NCBI RefSeq assembly: GCF_035709525.1
Contig: NZ_DASTEP010000124.1
Coordinates: 12,851 to 76,850, forward strand
DNA from: Hymenobacter sp.
GTDB lineage: Bacteria > Bacteroidota > Bacteroidia > Cytophagales > Hymenobacteraceae
Direction of reading: 5' to 3'
DNA: 64,000 nt
Shown: positions 45,936 through 56,300 of the stretch, piece after piece
How positions within the stretch are numbered: the stretch's first letter is position 1
Layout: each line of letters starts with the position of its first letter
Position numbers and translations under genes: made by a program
Notes under the pieces: generated by a model
What the model was told of the DNA's origin: nothing
What the model saw: the letters and a program-made list of their open reading frames with translations, nothing else
Database searches by the model: none

Positions 45936-46886
45936 ATGCGCTTTTTACTACTACTGAGCGGACTTTTGGTAGCGGGCGCGGCCTGGGCGCAGCAGCCCGC
46001 CTTGCCGGGCGCGCCGCCGGCCCCCGCCCCCGGCTCAGTCAAGACCTCCGAGCTACCCGAAACCAGCGTAACCGGCCGCCACGAGGTTATCGGGCAGGTG
46101 TACAGCGTCGAAACCGTGGGCGGCACGCTCTTCAACGGCACGCTACTGGCCGCCACCGAGGAAACGCTGACCTTCCAAACCAAAGAGCTGGGCGTGGTGA
46201 CGCTGCAACGCGCCAGCCTGCGGCAGCTTTCGCCGCTCACGGCCACGCAGGCGCGGCGCGGCTTCGACTACGTGGGCAATAGCACGCGCATGTTTCTGGC
46301 CCCCACGGCCCGCAACCTGCACCGGGGCGAGGGCGAGGTGCAGGTAATTGACATCTTTTTGATGGGCGTTGACTACGGCATCACCGACAATTTTTCGATT
46401 GGCCTGTTCGCGCCCGTTATTCCGGCCGTGGGGGTGCCCCTGGTGGCTTTCACGCCCAAGGTGAGCGTGCCGCTCGGCGACAAGCTGCGCCTGGGGGCGG
46501 GCGTGCTCTACGGCTTTGCCACGGGCCTCGACAGGGCCAGCGGCAGCGGCGGCGTGGGCTACGGGCTGGCTACCTACGGCACGGCCGATGCCAACGTGAC
46601 GGTGGGCCTGGGCTACGGCCTGGGCAGCGAGGGCTTCGGGGGCTCGCCGGTCGGCATTCTGGGGGCCAACGTGCGGCTGTCGCGGCTGTTTTCGCTGGTC
46701 AACGAAACCTACATCGCCAACTTCGACGGCGACGGCGGCTTTGGCGGCCTGGCGGGCTTTCGCTACGCCGCGCCGCGCTTCAATGCCGGCCTGGGGCTGC
46801 TCTACATCAGCTCGCGCTTTGGCGGGGGCGTGTACCCGGCCTACCTGGGCGTGGGCTACCGCTTCGGCAAGGTAAAGCTGCGCTAA
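45936..46886 (+). CDS. Hypothetical outer-membrane beta-barrel protein
   Basis: Signal peptide, alternating Gly/aromatic beta strands, C-terminal GVGYRF. Confidence 0.6.
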   Translation: MRFLLLLSGLLVAGAAWAQQPALPGAPPAPAPGSVKTSELPETSVTGRHEVIGQVYSVETVGGTLFNGTLLAATEETLTFQTKELGVVTLQRASLRQLSPLTATQARRGFDYVGNSTRMFLAPTARNLHRGEGEVQVIDIFLMGVDYGITDNFSIGLFAPVIPAVGVPLVAFTPKVSVPLGDKLRLGAGVLYGFATGLDRASGSGGVGYGLATYGTADANVTVGLGYGLGSEGFGGSPVGILGANVRLSRLFSLVNETYIANFDGDGGFGGLAGFRYAAPRFNAGLGLLYISSRFGGGVYPAYLGVGYRFGKVKLR

Positions 46887-47071
46887 ACCAGCGAGTACGC
46901 GGGGCAGCTTATATCATTCTTCTTCTGATTAATAGAACGTTTCTCTTAGCTGCTGCGCAGCGGGCAAAAGGACAGGTAAAACCTCTGGCGGGCCGGCCAC
47001 AAAGCGCACGCGCCGGGCGTAGCTTTGTGCTATTGCCAACGCCCGTTATTCTCTACCCACCTGGTTTTTGT

Positions 47072-47806
47072 ATGAAGCACTTTTCCGCCGCGTTTCTTTT
47101 TCTACTGCTGCTTGGGGGCCGGCCCGCGGCGGCCCAGGTAGCCGCCGACACCCTGCCGGGCCAGGCCAAGTTTACCCGCCAGCTGGCGGCACGGCTTTGC
47201 ACCAGCATTCAGGAAGCGGGACAAAAACAGCCGTTTGAGCAGCTATCGCCCAAGCAGGCCGATGACCTGTTTATGCGCCTGATGCTGGCCGGCATGGGCG
47301 ACCAGGCCACCGAATTCAGCGCGCTGCTGACGGCCGCTAAAAGCCGCAAGCTGAACACCAACAAGCTGGGCCAAGAGGTAGGCCTGGCGGCCGTGAAGCA
47401 CCTCAGCAACGACTGCCCCGGCTCGATGTCGCTGCTGCTGCGCACCTCGTCGGCGCAGCGCGAGCTGGGCAGCAAAAACAGCAAAAGCTCCAATGATATT
47501 TCGGCCGAAGAAAAAGCCGTATTGCAGCCCATGGCCGATACGGTTTGCGCCAAAATAGCGGCCGAGGACGCCCGCCTGCCCCTCAAAAAGCGCACCGCCA
47601 CCCAACGCTACGAGCTCATGACCACGCTGATGCAAACTACCGTGCTCAAAAATATGAACGGGCTGCTGACGGTGTACTCGATGGAGCAAATCCAGAACAA
47701 AACCAGCATGGAGGCCTTTGGCATCAAGCTGGCCACGCTCATGATGACCCGGTGCCCCGCGTACCTGATTATGCTGGGCGAAGACAAACAAAAAAGCCAG
47801 CGCTAA
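47072..47806 (+). CDS. Secreted hypothetical protein with two tandem C...CP repeats
   Basis: Signal peptide from ATG 47072; upstream -7 element TAGCTTTG at 47020-47027; internal duplication. Confidence 0.7.
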   Translation: MKHFSAAFLFLLLLGGRPAAAQVAADTLPGQAKFTRQLAARLCTSIQEAGQKQPFEQLSPKQADDLFMRLMLAGMGDQATEFSALLTAAKSRKLNTNKLGQEVGLAAVKHLSNDCPGSMSLLLRTSSAQRELGSKNSKSSNDISAEEKAVLQPMADTVCAKIAAEDARLPLKKRTATQRYELMTTLMQTTVLKNMNGLLTVYSMEQIQNKTSMEAFGIKLATLMMTRCPAYLIMLGEDKQKSQR

Positions 47807-47818
47807 GCTGGCTTTTTT
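47790..47818. terminator. Bidirectional terminator
   Basis: AAAAAAGCCAGC-gctaa-GCTGGCTTTTTT between convergent genes. Confidence 0.8.
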
Positions 47819-47838
47819 GTTTTAAACAACTGCGGGTG

Positions 47839-48912
47839 CTACGCGGCCTCGGCTTTTTCCTTGTTGGCCAGCTGCCCGCAGGCGGCGTCGATGTCCTTGC
47901 CCCGGCTGCGGCGAATGTTGGTTTGCACACCGCGGTCGGCCAGGTACTTGTGGAAGGCCGTGATTTTGTCGGCTTCCGCGTTCTGGTAAGCCGCGTTTTC
48001 GATGGGGTTATACTCGATAAGATTCACCTTGCAGGGCAGCCACTTGGCAATGGCGTGCAGCTCAGCGGCATCTTCCAGGCCATCGTTAAAGTTCTCGAAC
48101 ACAATGTATTCGTAGGTTACTTTGCGGCCGGTTTTCTGGTGGTAGTATTGCAGGGCTTCCTTCAAAGCTGCCAAAGAATTAGCCTCGTTGATGGGCATAA
48201 TCTCGTTGCGCTTCGCGTCGTTGGGCGCGTGCAAGCTCAGGGCGAGGTTAGCCTTCACATCGTCGTCGGCCAGCTTTTTTATCATCTTGGCGATGCCGGC
48301 CGTGCTGATGGTGATGCGGCGCGGGGCCATGTTCAGGCCATCGGGCGCGGTGATGCGGCGCACGCTTTCGACCACGTTGGCGTAGTTGAGCAAGGGCTCG
48401 CCCATGCCCATGTACACGATGTTGGTGAGCGGCGTGCCGTACTGGGCCTCGCACTGCTCCCGAATACGCACTACCTGGTCGTAAATCTCGGCCGCGTCGA
48501 GGTTGCGCTTGCGGTCCATGTAGCCGGTAGCGCAAAACTTGCACGTGAGCGAGCAGCCCACCTGCGACGAAATGCAGGCCGTCATGCGCGTGTCGTGCGG
48601 GATGAGCACGCCCTCCACGATGTTGCCATCGTGCAGCCGAAAGGCCGACTTGATGGTGCCGTCGTTGCTTAGCTGCTGGTTTTGCACCGCCACGCCGTTT
48701 ATCACGAAGTGCCGGGCCAGCAACTCGCGGGTGCTCAGCGAGATGTTGTTCATTTCCTCGAATGAGCCGGCGGTGTTTTTCCACAGCCACTCCGTCACCT
48801 GCTTGGCGCGGAAGGGCTTTTCGCCGTGCTCGACCATAAAGGCTTTCAGGTCGTCGGGCGAGGTTTTGCGGATGTCGCGCTTGGCGGGGGCGAGGTCGAG
48901 TTCCAGTAACAT
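47839..48912 (-). CDS. rlmN: Dual-specificity 23S rRNA/tRNA m2A methyltransferase RlmN
   Basis: CISSQVGCSLTCKFCATG radical-SAM motif, MGMGEPL, LSLHA and DIDAACGQL. Confidence 0.96.
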   Translation of the reverse strand: MLLELDLAPAKRDIRKTSPDDLKAFMVEHGEKPFRAKQVTEWLWKNTAGSFEEMNNISLSTRELLARHFVINGVAVQNQQLSNDGTIKSAFRLHDGNIVEGVLIPHDTRMTACISSQVGCSLTCKFCATGYMDRKRNLDAAEIYDQVVRIREQCEAQYGTPLTNIVYMGMGEPLLNYANVVESVRRITAPDGLNMAPRRITISTAGIAKMIKKLADDDVKANLALSLHAPNDAKRNEIMPINEANSLAALKEALQYYHQKTGRKVTYEYIVFENFNDGLEDAAELHAIAKWLPCKVNLIEYNPIENAAYQNAEADKITAFHKYLADRGVQTNIRRSRGKDIDAACGQLANKEKAEAA

Positions 48913-48979
48913 AAGTACAAAGATACAAACAGCCAGGGCGTTGAGTTCCGGGCGTGGGGCAAATCGCAAGGCTGCTTTG

Positions 48980-49417
48980 CTACTCGCGAGGCACGTTCAG
49001 ACTAAATTTCACTGGCACCGTGAGTCCACTGGCAATGGGTTTGCCCCTTTGTTGCACCGGTTTGAATCGTGGTAATTGCCGCACCGCCCGCAATGCGGCG
49101 GCATCGCAGTCAGGCCGAAATCCTTTCGCGATGCGCGCATTCTCGACGGCTCCCGTTGCTGTCACAGTGAAGCTGATAAAAACACGGCCTTCCGCCTGGG
49201 CACGTTTTGCAGCCAGCGGATAAACCAGGTTTTGCTGGATAACCTTCACCACATCCACTGCTTTACCAGCAATCCACAGTTCAGGCATTGGCGCAACCGG
49301 GCAAATGAGCGCGCCCTGCATGGTGCCAGCATCAACCTGAGCAATACACTGCCTATTTGCCCTCAAGGCCAAACTGCTAAGCAATAAGCAGCAAAGTAAT
49401 AGCTTTACAACTGACAT
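48980..49417 (-). CDS. Secreted TonB C-terminal-domain protein (copy 1)
   Basis: Hydrophobic N-terminus, then YP..AKRAQAEGRVFISFTVTATGAV...DCDAAALRAVRQLPRFKP. Confidence 0.75.
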   Translation of the reverse strand: MSVVKLLLCCLLLSSLALRANRQCIAQVDAGTMQGALICPVAPMPELWIAGKAVDVVKVIQQNLVYPLAAKRAQAEGRVFISFTVTATGAVENARIAKGFRPDCDAAALRAVRQLPRFKPVQQRGKPIASGLTVPVKFSLNVPRE

Positions 49418-49421
49418 TTCT

Positions 49422-49883
49422 TTATTTGCCGACCTGGTGCCGGTGTATAGCCTTTCGATGTGCGGCCGTTTTGCGGGTGGGGCGCTCATGTTCTATGCTG
49501 AAGTTGGCGGGTACTGTAAAATATGCCGGCAGCCACTGCGGGCGAATGGGTTTGAAGCATGGCAGCTGCCACACGGCCCGCATTACGGCCGAATCGCAAT
49601 CGGGCCGTAGGCTTTTCACCACGGCTACCTCGCGCACGCGGCCGGTAGTATCGACTGCAAAGCGCACTATCACCCGGCCTTCGATATTGGCTTGCAACGC
49701 CTGCGGAGGATACACTACTCGCTGCCGAATAGCCTTTATAATGCCTGAGATGCCGCCCCCGGTAACCAACTCCGGCACTGGCGATATCAAACAAATAACG
49801 CGGCCTTGCTCATCCACTTGTGCCCGTGCCGGGTAGCTCAGTAGTAAGCCGCCCGATAGCAGCCAAGGCAATAGCCGTTTCAT
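49422..49883 (-). CDS. Secreted TonB C-terminal-domain protein (copy 2)
   Basis: Signal peptide ..ARAQ, then YPPQALQANIEGRVIVRFAVDTTGRV...AVMRAVWQLPCFKP. Confidence 0.8.
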   Translation of the reverse strand: MKRLLPWLLSGGLLLSYPARAQVDEQGRVICLISPVPELVTGGGISGIIKAIRQRVVYPPQALQANIEGRVIVRFAVDTTGRVREVAVVKSLRPDCDSAVMRAVWQLPCFKPIRPQWLPAYFTVPANFSIEHERPTRKTAAHRKAIHRHQVGK

Positions 49884-49913
49884 AAATCAGGTGTAGTGTG
49901 TGCAAGGAAATAA

Positions 49914-50326
49914 CTACTGCACAGTATACTTAGCCGCCGCCCGAAAGTCCACCCCTACCACGTAGCGCACGTTGCCCTGCCGCGCCGGCCGGGGCCGGAA
50001 GCAGGGCAGTTGCCGCACGGCTTGCACCGCTGCCGCGTCGAACGGCTCATAGAGCCCTTTTACTACCGCTACCTGCCGCGCTTCCCCGGCCGGGGTAATG
50101 GTGAAGGCCACGAACACGCGGCCTTCCATCTGCGCCCGCAGGCACTCGGCCGGGAACCGCAACCGCTGATAAACCGCCGCCATGATGCCCGGCCGCTACC
50201 ACTCAGTAGCTCGGGCATGGGCTCCATGTACCAGACCCATTTGGTTGTATCCGTTTGGGCAGCAGCCTGGTGGCTACTACCAGTAACCAGGGCGCTGAGC
50301 AGCAAGCCAGGTAGGTATCGTGTCAT
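49914..50326 (-). pseudogene. TonB C-terminal-domain protein (copy 3), frameshifted near 50190
   Basis: Signal peptide and MPELLSGSG in one frame; MAAVYQRLRFPAE..EGRVFV..DAAAVQAVRQLP in another. One extra base in CGGGC restores a single ORF. Confidence 0.7.
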
Positions 50327-50382
50327 GTCGGCCGGTTTTTGTTCTTAAACCCGATGCCGCACACGCAGAAAATGCACAAGCC

Positions 50383-51126
50383 CTACCCCAGCGTGGGCAG
50401 GCGGCGCAGCAGCTCGGCCTGGTAGGTGCGGCCCACGGGCAGCAGGTTTTCGCCCACCTGCACGAGGCTGCGCACCGGGTCGAGGCGCACCACGTAGTCG
50501 AGGTTCACGAAGTAGCTGCGCTGAATCTGGACGAAGTGGCTGGGCGGCAGGTGCTGCATCAGCTCGCGCAGGGGCATCCGCACTACCACGGCGCGGGTGG
50601 CCAGCACCAGGCGGCACACCTTGTTATCGGCCTCCACGCACTGCACCTCGCTGAGGCGAATTTTTTCCAGCAGGCCGTTTTCTTTCACGAACAGCGTATC
50701 AGCGGCGGGCAGTGCGAGGGGCGGGACCGGCGCAAGCGGCGGCGCAGCCTGAAAATTACTAATAGCCAGCAAAATGGCGCGCTGCAAGGCGGCCGGCTCC
50801 ACGGGCTTGATGAGGTAGGCGGCGGGGCCTACCTGCCGGGCCTGGGCAAAGGTCTCCTCGTCGGCGCAGGAGGTCAGAAAAAGCAGCGGCAGGGGCCGGT
50901 GGGCCAGTAGCTGCGCGGCCAGCGCGATGCCATCGACCGGGCCGCGCAGCTGCACGTCGAGCAGGGCCACGTCGAGGTGCTCGGTGCGGTGCAGGGCCAG
51001 GGCAATGCGGGCATCGGGGGCGGGGCCGATGGGCTCGTGGCCCAGGTCTTGCAGGGCGGCTTCGAGCTGCTCGGCATAGAGCGGCTCGTCTTCTACTACC
51101 AGCACACGCACAGGCACTTCGCTCAT
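50383..51126 (-). CDS. LytTR family response regulator
   Basis: VLVVEDE, LLDVQL (phospho-Asp), FLTS and YLIKP; C-terminal F.QIQRSY.VN LytTR motif. Confidence 0.92.
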   Translation of the reverse strand: MSEVPVRVLVVEDEPLYAEQLEAALQDLGHEPIGPAPDARIALALHRTEHLDVALLDVQLRGPVDGIALAAQLLAHRPLPLLFLTSCADEETFAQARQVGPAAYLIKPVEPAALQRAILLAISNFQAAPPLAPVPPLALPAADTLFVKENGLLEKIRLSEVQCVEADNKVCRLVLATRAVVVRMPLRELMQHLPPSHFVQIQRSYFVNLDYVVRLDPVRSLVQVGENLLPVGRTYQAELLRRLPTLG

Positions 51127-51132
51127 CGCTTC

Positions 51133-53124
51133 TTACGCTTGGGCCGCCGCCGCGGCGGGCTCCGGCAAAAGTACGCCCACCGGCGCGGGCGCGGCGGGTA
51201 GCAGCAAAGCGGCCGTGGTGCCCTGGCCGGGCTGGCTGCTCAGCACCAGCCGGCCGCCCTGCGCCTGGGCAAACGCCCGGCTCAGGCGCAGCCCCAGGCC
51301 GGCCGGGCCCCGGCGGCCGGGCACTGCCTGCGCCGGGGCCTCGGCGCCCTGGGCCCGGCGCAACTGGGCGGCATCCATGCCCGCGCCGGTATCGCGCACG
51401 TGCAGGCCGAGATAGCCCTCGGTGGCGGCGGTAGCGGCCAGCACTACCTCGCCACCGGGCGGGGTGGCGCGCAAGGCATTGCTGAGCAGGTTGCGCAGGA
51501 TGGTGCTGGTCATGTTGCGGTCGGCCAGCACGTAGCCGGGGGCGGCCTCTACGCGCAGGTGCACGTCGGCGGCCTGGGCGGCGGGCTGGTAGAGGGCGGC
51601 GGCCTCGGCCAGCAGCGCGGCCACGGCCAGGGGCTCGGGGGCGGGCCGGAGCTCGCCGCGCTGCGTGAGGGCCCAGCTCAGCAGGTTGTCGAGCAGGGCG
51701 CGCAGGCCCTCGGCGGCCTGGCGCACGCGCCCCCCCAGGCCGACCAGCCGGGCGGTGTCGTGGCGCTCGATGTAGCGCGTCATCAGGTCGGCCAGGCCCG
51801 AAAAGGCCACTACCGGGCTACGCAAGTCGTGCGCCACCAGCGCGTAGAGGCGGTCTTGCTCGGCGCGGGTGGCGGTCAGTTCCTCGTTTTGGTGGCGCAG
51901 CTGGGTTTGGCTGCGGCGCAGCCGCCAGGCCAGCGCGCCCGAGGCCACCAGGCCGCCGGCCACGGCCAGCAGCAGCCCGCCGGCCAGCCACAGGTATTGG
52001 CGCTGGCGGCGGGCCTCGGCCTGTTGCAGCAGGTTGCGCTGGGTGAGCTCGCGCAGCTGGCCGCGCTGGCGCTCGGCGTCGAACTGCACTTGCAGCCGCA
52101 CCAGCGCCTGGCGGCGCTCGGCCGACTGCACGCTGTCGAGCAGCGCCTGCCCGGTACGGGCCAGGCGGTAGGCTTCCAGGCCCTGGCCCTGGGTGGCCAG
52201 GGCCGCCGCCAGCTGCTGGTAGCTTTCGGCCTCCAGGCCGGTAGCGTGCAGCTGGCGGGCGGCGGCCAGCGTGGGGCGCAGCAGCCGGGCGGCCTCGGCG
52301 GGCTGCTGCCGGGCCAGGTACACGGTGGCCAGGTTCAGGCGGGCCTGCGTGAAGCCAAACTGATTGCCGGAGCGTTGGTAGAGGGCCATGGCCTCGCGCT
52401 GGCTGCTGGCGGCCGAGTCGTAGCGGCCGGCCAGCGCCTGCACTTCGCCCAGGTCGCCGAGGCAGGCGGCCAGTTTATCGTCGGGCGGTAAGCGGCGAAA
52501 CACGGCCAGCGCCTGCCGCACGTGCCGCGAGAGCAGGCGGTCGAGCGAGTCGGGCGCGGGCTGCCCCGAGCGCCGCCAGCTGAAGTACAGCGACGCCAGG
52601 CAGTTTTGCACCAAGCCCAGGTCGGCGGGCGTCACGGCGTGCTGGCGCTGCTGCATCCGGCTTAAAGCCAGGCGGAAATACTTTTCGCCTTCGGCAAAAT
52701 CCTGCTGGTCCACGGCTACCCGGCCCAGCCCCACCAAAGCCAGCGTGAGCTGCCGGGCGGCGCGGGGCGCGCCTTCGGCCCGGCGCACGGCCTGCTGGTA
52801 GTGGCCGATGGCGGCCAGCTCGTCGTGCTGCAAGTAGGCTACCCGCGCCAGCGAATTGAGCAAATACACCTCGCCGAGCCGGAAGGCCAGCTGCCGGGCC
52901 AGGCGCAGCCCCTGCTGGCCGTAGGCCTGCGCCTGCACGGTGTTCTGGGTGGCCAGCTGCCAGCACAGGTGGTTGAGCAGCAGCACGCGGCTGGTATCGG
53001 CGGGGGCGGCGGCCAGCTGGCGGCGCAGTTCCGGCACGGTGGGCGGGGCGGGCGCGGCCGCTACCGGCCCGGCCGCCAGCAGCAGCCATAATCCGGCGAA
53101 GCGAAAAAGTCGGCTGCGTTTCAT
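51133..53124 (-). CDS. TPR-containing membrane sensor histidine kinase
   Basis: Signal peptide, TPR-like helices, one TM, AHDLRSP, NLLSNA, DTGAG and GLGL. Start ATG 53124. Confidence 0.9.
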   Translation of the reverse strand: MKRSRLFRFAGLWLLLAAGPVAAAPAPPTVPELRRQLAAAPADTSRVLLLNHLCWQLATQNTVQAQAYGQQGLRLARQLAFRLGEVYLLNSLARVAYLQHDELAAIGHYQQAVRRAEGAPRAARQLTLALVGLGRVAVDQQDFAEGEKYFRLALSRMQQRQHAVTPADLGLVQNCLASLYFSWRRSGQPAPDSLDRLLSRHVRQALAVFRRLPPDDKLAACLGDLGEVQALAGRYDSAASSQREAMALYQRSGNQFGFTQARLNLATVYLARQQPAEAARLLRPTLAAARQLHATGLEAESYQQLAAALATQGQGLEAYRLARTGQALLDSVQSAERRQALVRLQVQFDAERQRGQLRELTQRNLLQQAEARRQRQYLWLAGGLLLAVAGGLVASGALAWRLRRSQTQLRHQNEELTATRAEQDRLYALVAHDLRSPVVAFSGLADLMTRYIERHDTARLVGLGGRVRQAAEGLRALLDNLLSWALTQRGELRPAPEPLAVAALLAEAAALYQPAAQAADVHLRVEAAPGYVLADRNMTSTILRNLLSNALRATPPGGEVVLAATAATEGYLGLHVRDTGAGMDAAQLRRAQGAEAPAQAVPGRRGPAGLGLRLSRAFAQAQGGRLVLSSQPGQGTTAALLLPAAPAPVGVLLPEPAAAAAQA

Positions 53125-53315
53125 AAAACCTGCTTGCTCGAGGGCCAGCCGCCCGCGCTCGCTCCCTAAAAGTAGCACCTTACGCCCAAAATCGTGCAGC
53201 TTGCGCCAGCTCCAACCGTGCGAGCGGCACGGGCTTTAACTTACGGCAGACCTAGCAGCCCGCGCCGAATGGCGCGGGTAGTTTCTCCTCTTCATTTACC
53301 TACCTCTTTCGTTTT

Positions 53316-56300
53316 ATGAATCAAAAGCTACTTCATGGGCTGCGCCGCCTGGCGGGCGCGGGGCTGCTCGGGCTGGCTGGGCTGAGTGCGCAGGCCCAGA
53401 CTACGACCACCGTTTTCAGCGAGGATTTTGAGGGCGCGACCAACAGCTTTACCCTCGAAAACGGCTCGCAAAACAACCAGTGGGTAGTGGCGGCCAACGG
53501 CGGCAACGGCCCCACCAGCCCCGGCAGCCGGGCGGCCTACATCAGCAACGACTTCGGCGCGACCAACGCCTACAACATCACGTCGGCCTCGGTGGTACAC
53601 CTCTACCGCGACGTGGTGCTGCCGGCCGGGCAGGGGGCCATCCAGCTGAATTTTGACTGGCGCGGGGTGGGCGACGTGTCCAGCGACTACCTGCTGGTGC
53701 AGGTGGCCCCGACTTCCTTTACGCCGGTGGCGGGCACGGTGCCGGCCGCCGCCAGCGCCACGGCGCTGGCCCAGCTCAACCAGCAGAGCACGTTCGCGCG
53801 CGCCTCGCTGGTGCTGCCGGCCAGCCTGGCGGGCACCACGCAGCGCCTCATTTTCACGTGGGTTAACAATGCCTTTACGGGCACGCAGCCGCCGGCCCTC
53901 GTTGATAATATTACCGTTACGACCCGGGCGGCCACGCCCCTGAGCGGAGCCTACACCATCAATAGCGCGCTGCCCACGGCGGGCACCAATTTCGCCAGCT
54001 TTACGGAGGCGGCCACGCGCCTGAACCTGGACGGCATCGGCGGGCCGGTGACGCTGGCCGTGACGGGCGGGCCCTACACCGAGCAGTTTTCGCTGGGGCA
54101 GGTGCCGGGCACCAGCGCTACCAACACCATTGTGGTGAACGGCGGCGGCAGCATTATCCGCTTTGCCTCGACCACCAACCAGCGGGCGGTGGTGCAGCTC
54201 AACGGCACCGACTACACCACCATTACCAACCTGGTAATCGACGCCACGGGCGGCACGACGGGCGTGGCGACCTCGGGCATCGGCGTGCTGCTGACCAACG
54301 CGGCCGACAACGACCAGCTTACCAACAACACCATCACCGTCGACGGCGCTTCGACCTCGACCAACTTCGCGGGCATCGCCGTGAGCGGCTCGACCCTGAG
54401 CGCCACGGCCACCGGCAACTCGGCCAACAACCTGCTGGTGCAGGGCAATACTATCACGGGCGGCTACTACGGCATCGCGCTGTATGGCAGCAGCGCCACG
54501 GCGCAGAACACAGGCAATATTCTGCGTAATAACACGATACGCGATTTTTACTCCTACGGTATCTACGCCGGCTTTCAGCTGGGCGCGCAGCTGGTGGGCA
54601 ACGACATCGCCCGGCCGCTGCGCACGAACACCACCACCTTCAACGGCATTTACATCGCGGGGCAGTGCAACGGCCTGGCCATTGAGAAGAACCGTATTCA
54701 CGACCCTTTTACCGGCAGTCCGTCGGTGAGCGGCACCTCCTACGGCATCTACCTGGCCGGCAACGGCAGCACCTCGACCACAACCAATGATATCGTTAAT
54801 AACGTGGTGTATAAGATGACGGGCAGCAGCGGGCAATACCTCATTTACTCGGGCACCGGCTACAGCCGCATTTACAACAACACGCTGAGCTCGGACGAGC
54901 CGTCGGCTACGTCGGCCAATACCACCTACGGCATTTTTACCTCGGGCATCAACGCCGACATCCGCAACAACGTGGTGAGCATCACGCGCCCCGGCACGGG
55001 CGGCAAGTTTGGCGTGTACATCTCCGGCAACCCGGCAGTTACGGCGCTCAACTACAACGATTTTTACGTGCCTAATGGCAACGTGGGCTACCTTAACGCC
55101 AACTACGCCACGCTGGCCAGCTGGCAAACGGCCACCGGCTACGACCAGAACAGCCTGGCCGTGAACCCGATTTTTGCCAGCGCCGGCACCGGCAACCTCC
55201 AGCCCGCCGACGCGGGCCTCAACAACAGCGGCACGCCGCTGGCCCGCGTGACCGACGACATCACGGGGGCCCCGCGCGGCGCGGCCCCCGACATGGGCGC
55301 GTATGAGTTCAGCCCCATTGCCCTCGACGTGCTGCCCGCCGGGCTGGCCAGTCCGGCCACTACCTCAGCCTGCTACGGCACCGCCGAAACCGTGAGCGCG
55401 CTGCTGCGCAACAGCGGCAGCGCGACCCTGAATTTTGCCACCAACCCGGCCACCGTGACGGTAGTAGTAACGCCGCCCACCGGCGCAACCCAGACCTTCA
55501 CTACCAGCCTGACTACCGGCACGCTGGCCAGCGGCACCACGCAGGCCGTGGCTTTGCCCGGCACGCTCAACATGAGCGCGGCGGGCACCTACAGCTTCGC
55601 CATTACGGCCACGGTGGTGGGCGATGGTAACACCGCCAATGACGTGCTGACGCCAGCGCCCACGCGCACGGTGCTGGCCCCGGTGGCGGGCACGCTCGTA
55701 TCGTCGGTGTCGGACCTGTGCGGTGGCGGCAACGCCGGCCTGACGTTGACGGGCGCGGCCAACGGCAGCCTGCAACTGCAAAGCAGCACGAGCGCCACGG
55801 GCACGTTTACGGACGTAGCGGGCGCTACCTCGGCCAACTACGTAACGCCGACGCTCACCAGCACTACCTATTACCGCGTGCGGGTGGGCTGCAACGCCAG
55901 CGTGGTGTACAGCAACGTGGTCGGCATCGTGGTGAACAGCCCGCAGCTGACGGCTACCAACTCGCCGCTCAGCATTTGTGCGGGGGCCACGGCTACGCTC
56001 ACGGCTACGGCCGGCCCGGGCAGCACGGTGCGCTTCTTTAGCGCGGCCACGGGCGGCACGGCGCTGGCCACCACCACGGCCGGCAGCTACACCACGCCCG
56101 CCCTCGCGGCCAGCACCACCTACTACGCCGCCGCCGCCACGGGCGGGGCCGAAACCGTGGGCCCGACCGCCTACAACGCCACTGGTCAAACGCCCGCCAC
56201 GGGCGGCGCTGTGTATTTCACGGCCACGGCCAGCTTTATCCTAACCAGCGTAACCGTGTATCTCAATGCTGGCCAGGCAGCGGGCACCGTTACCATCGAC

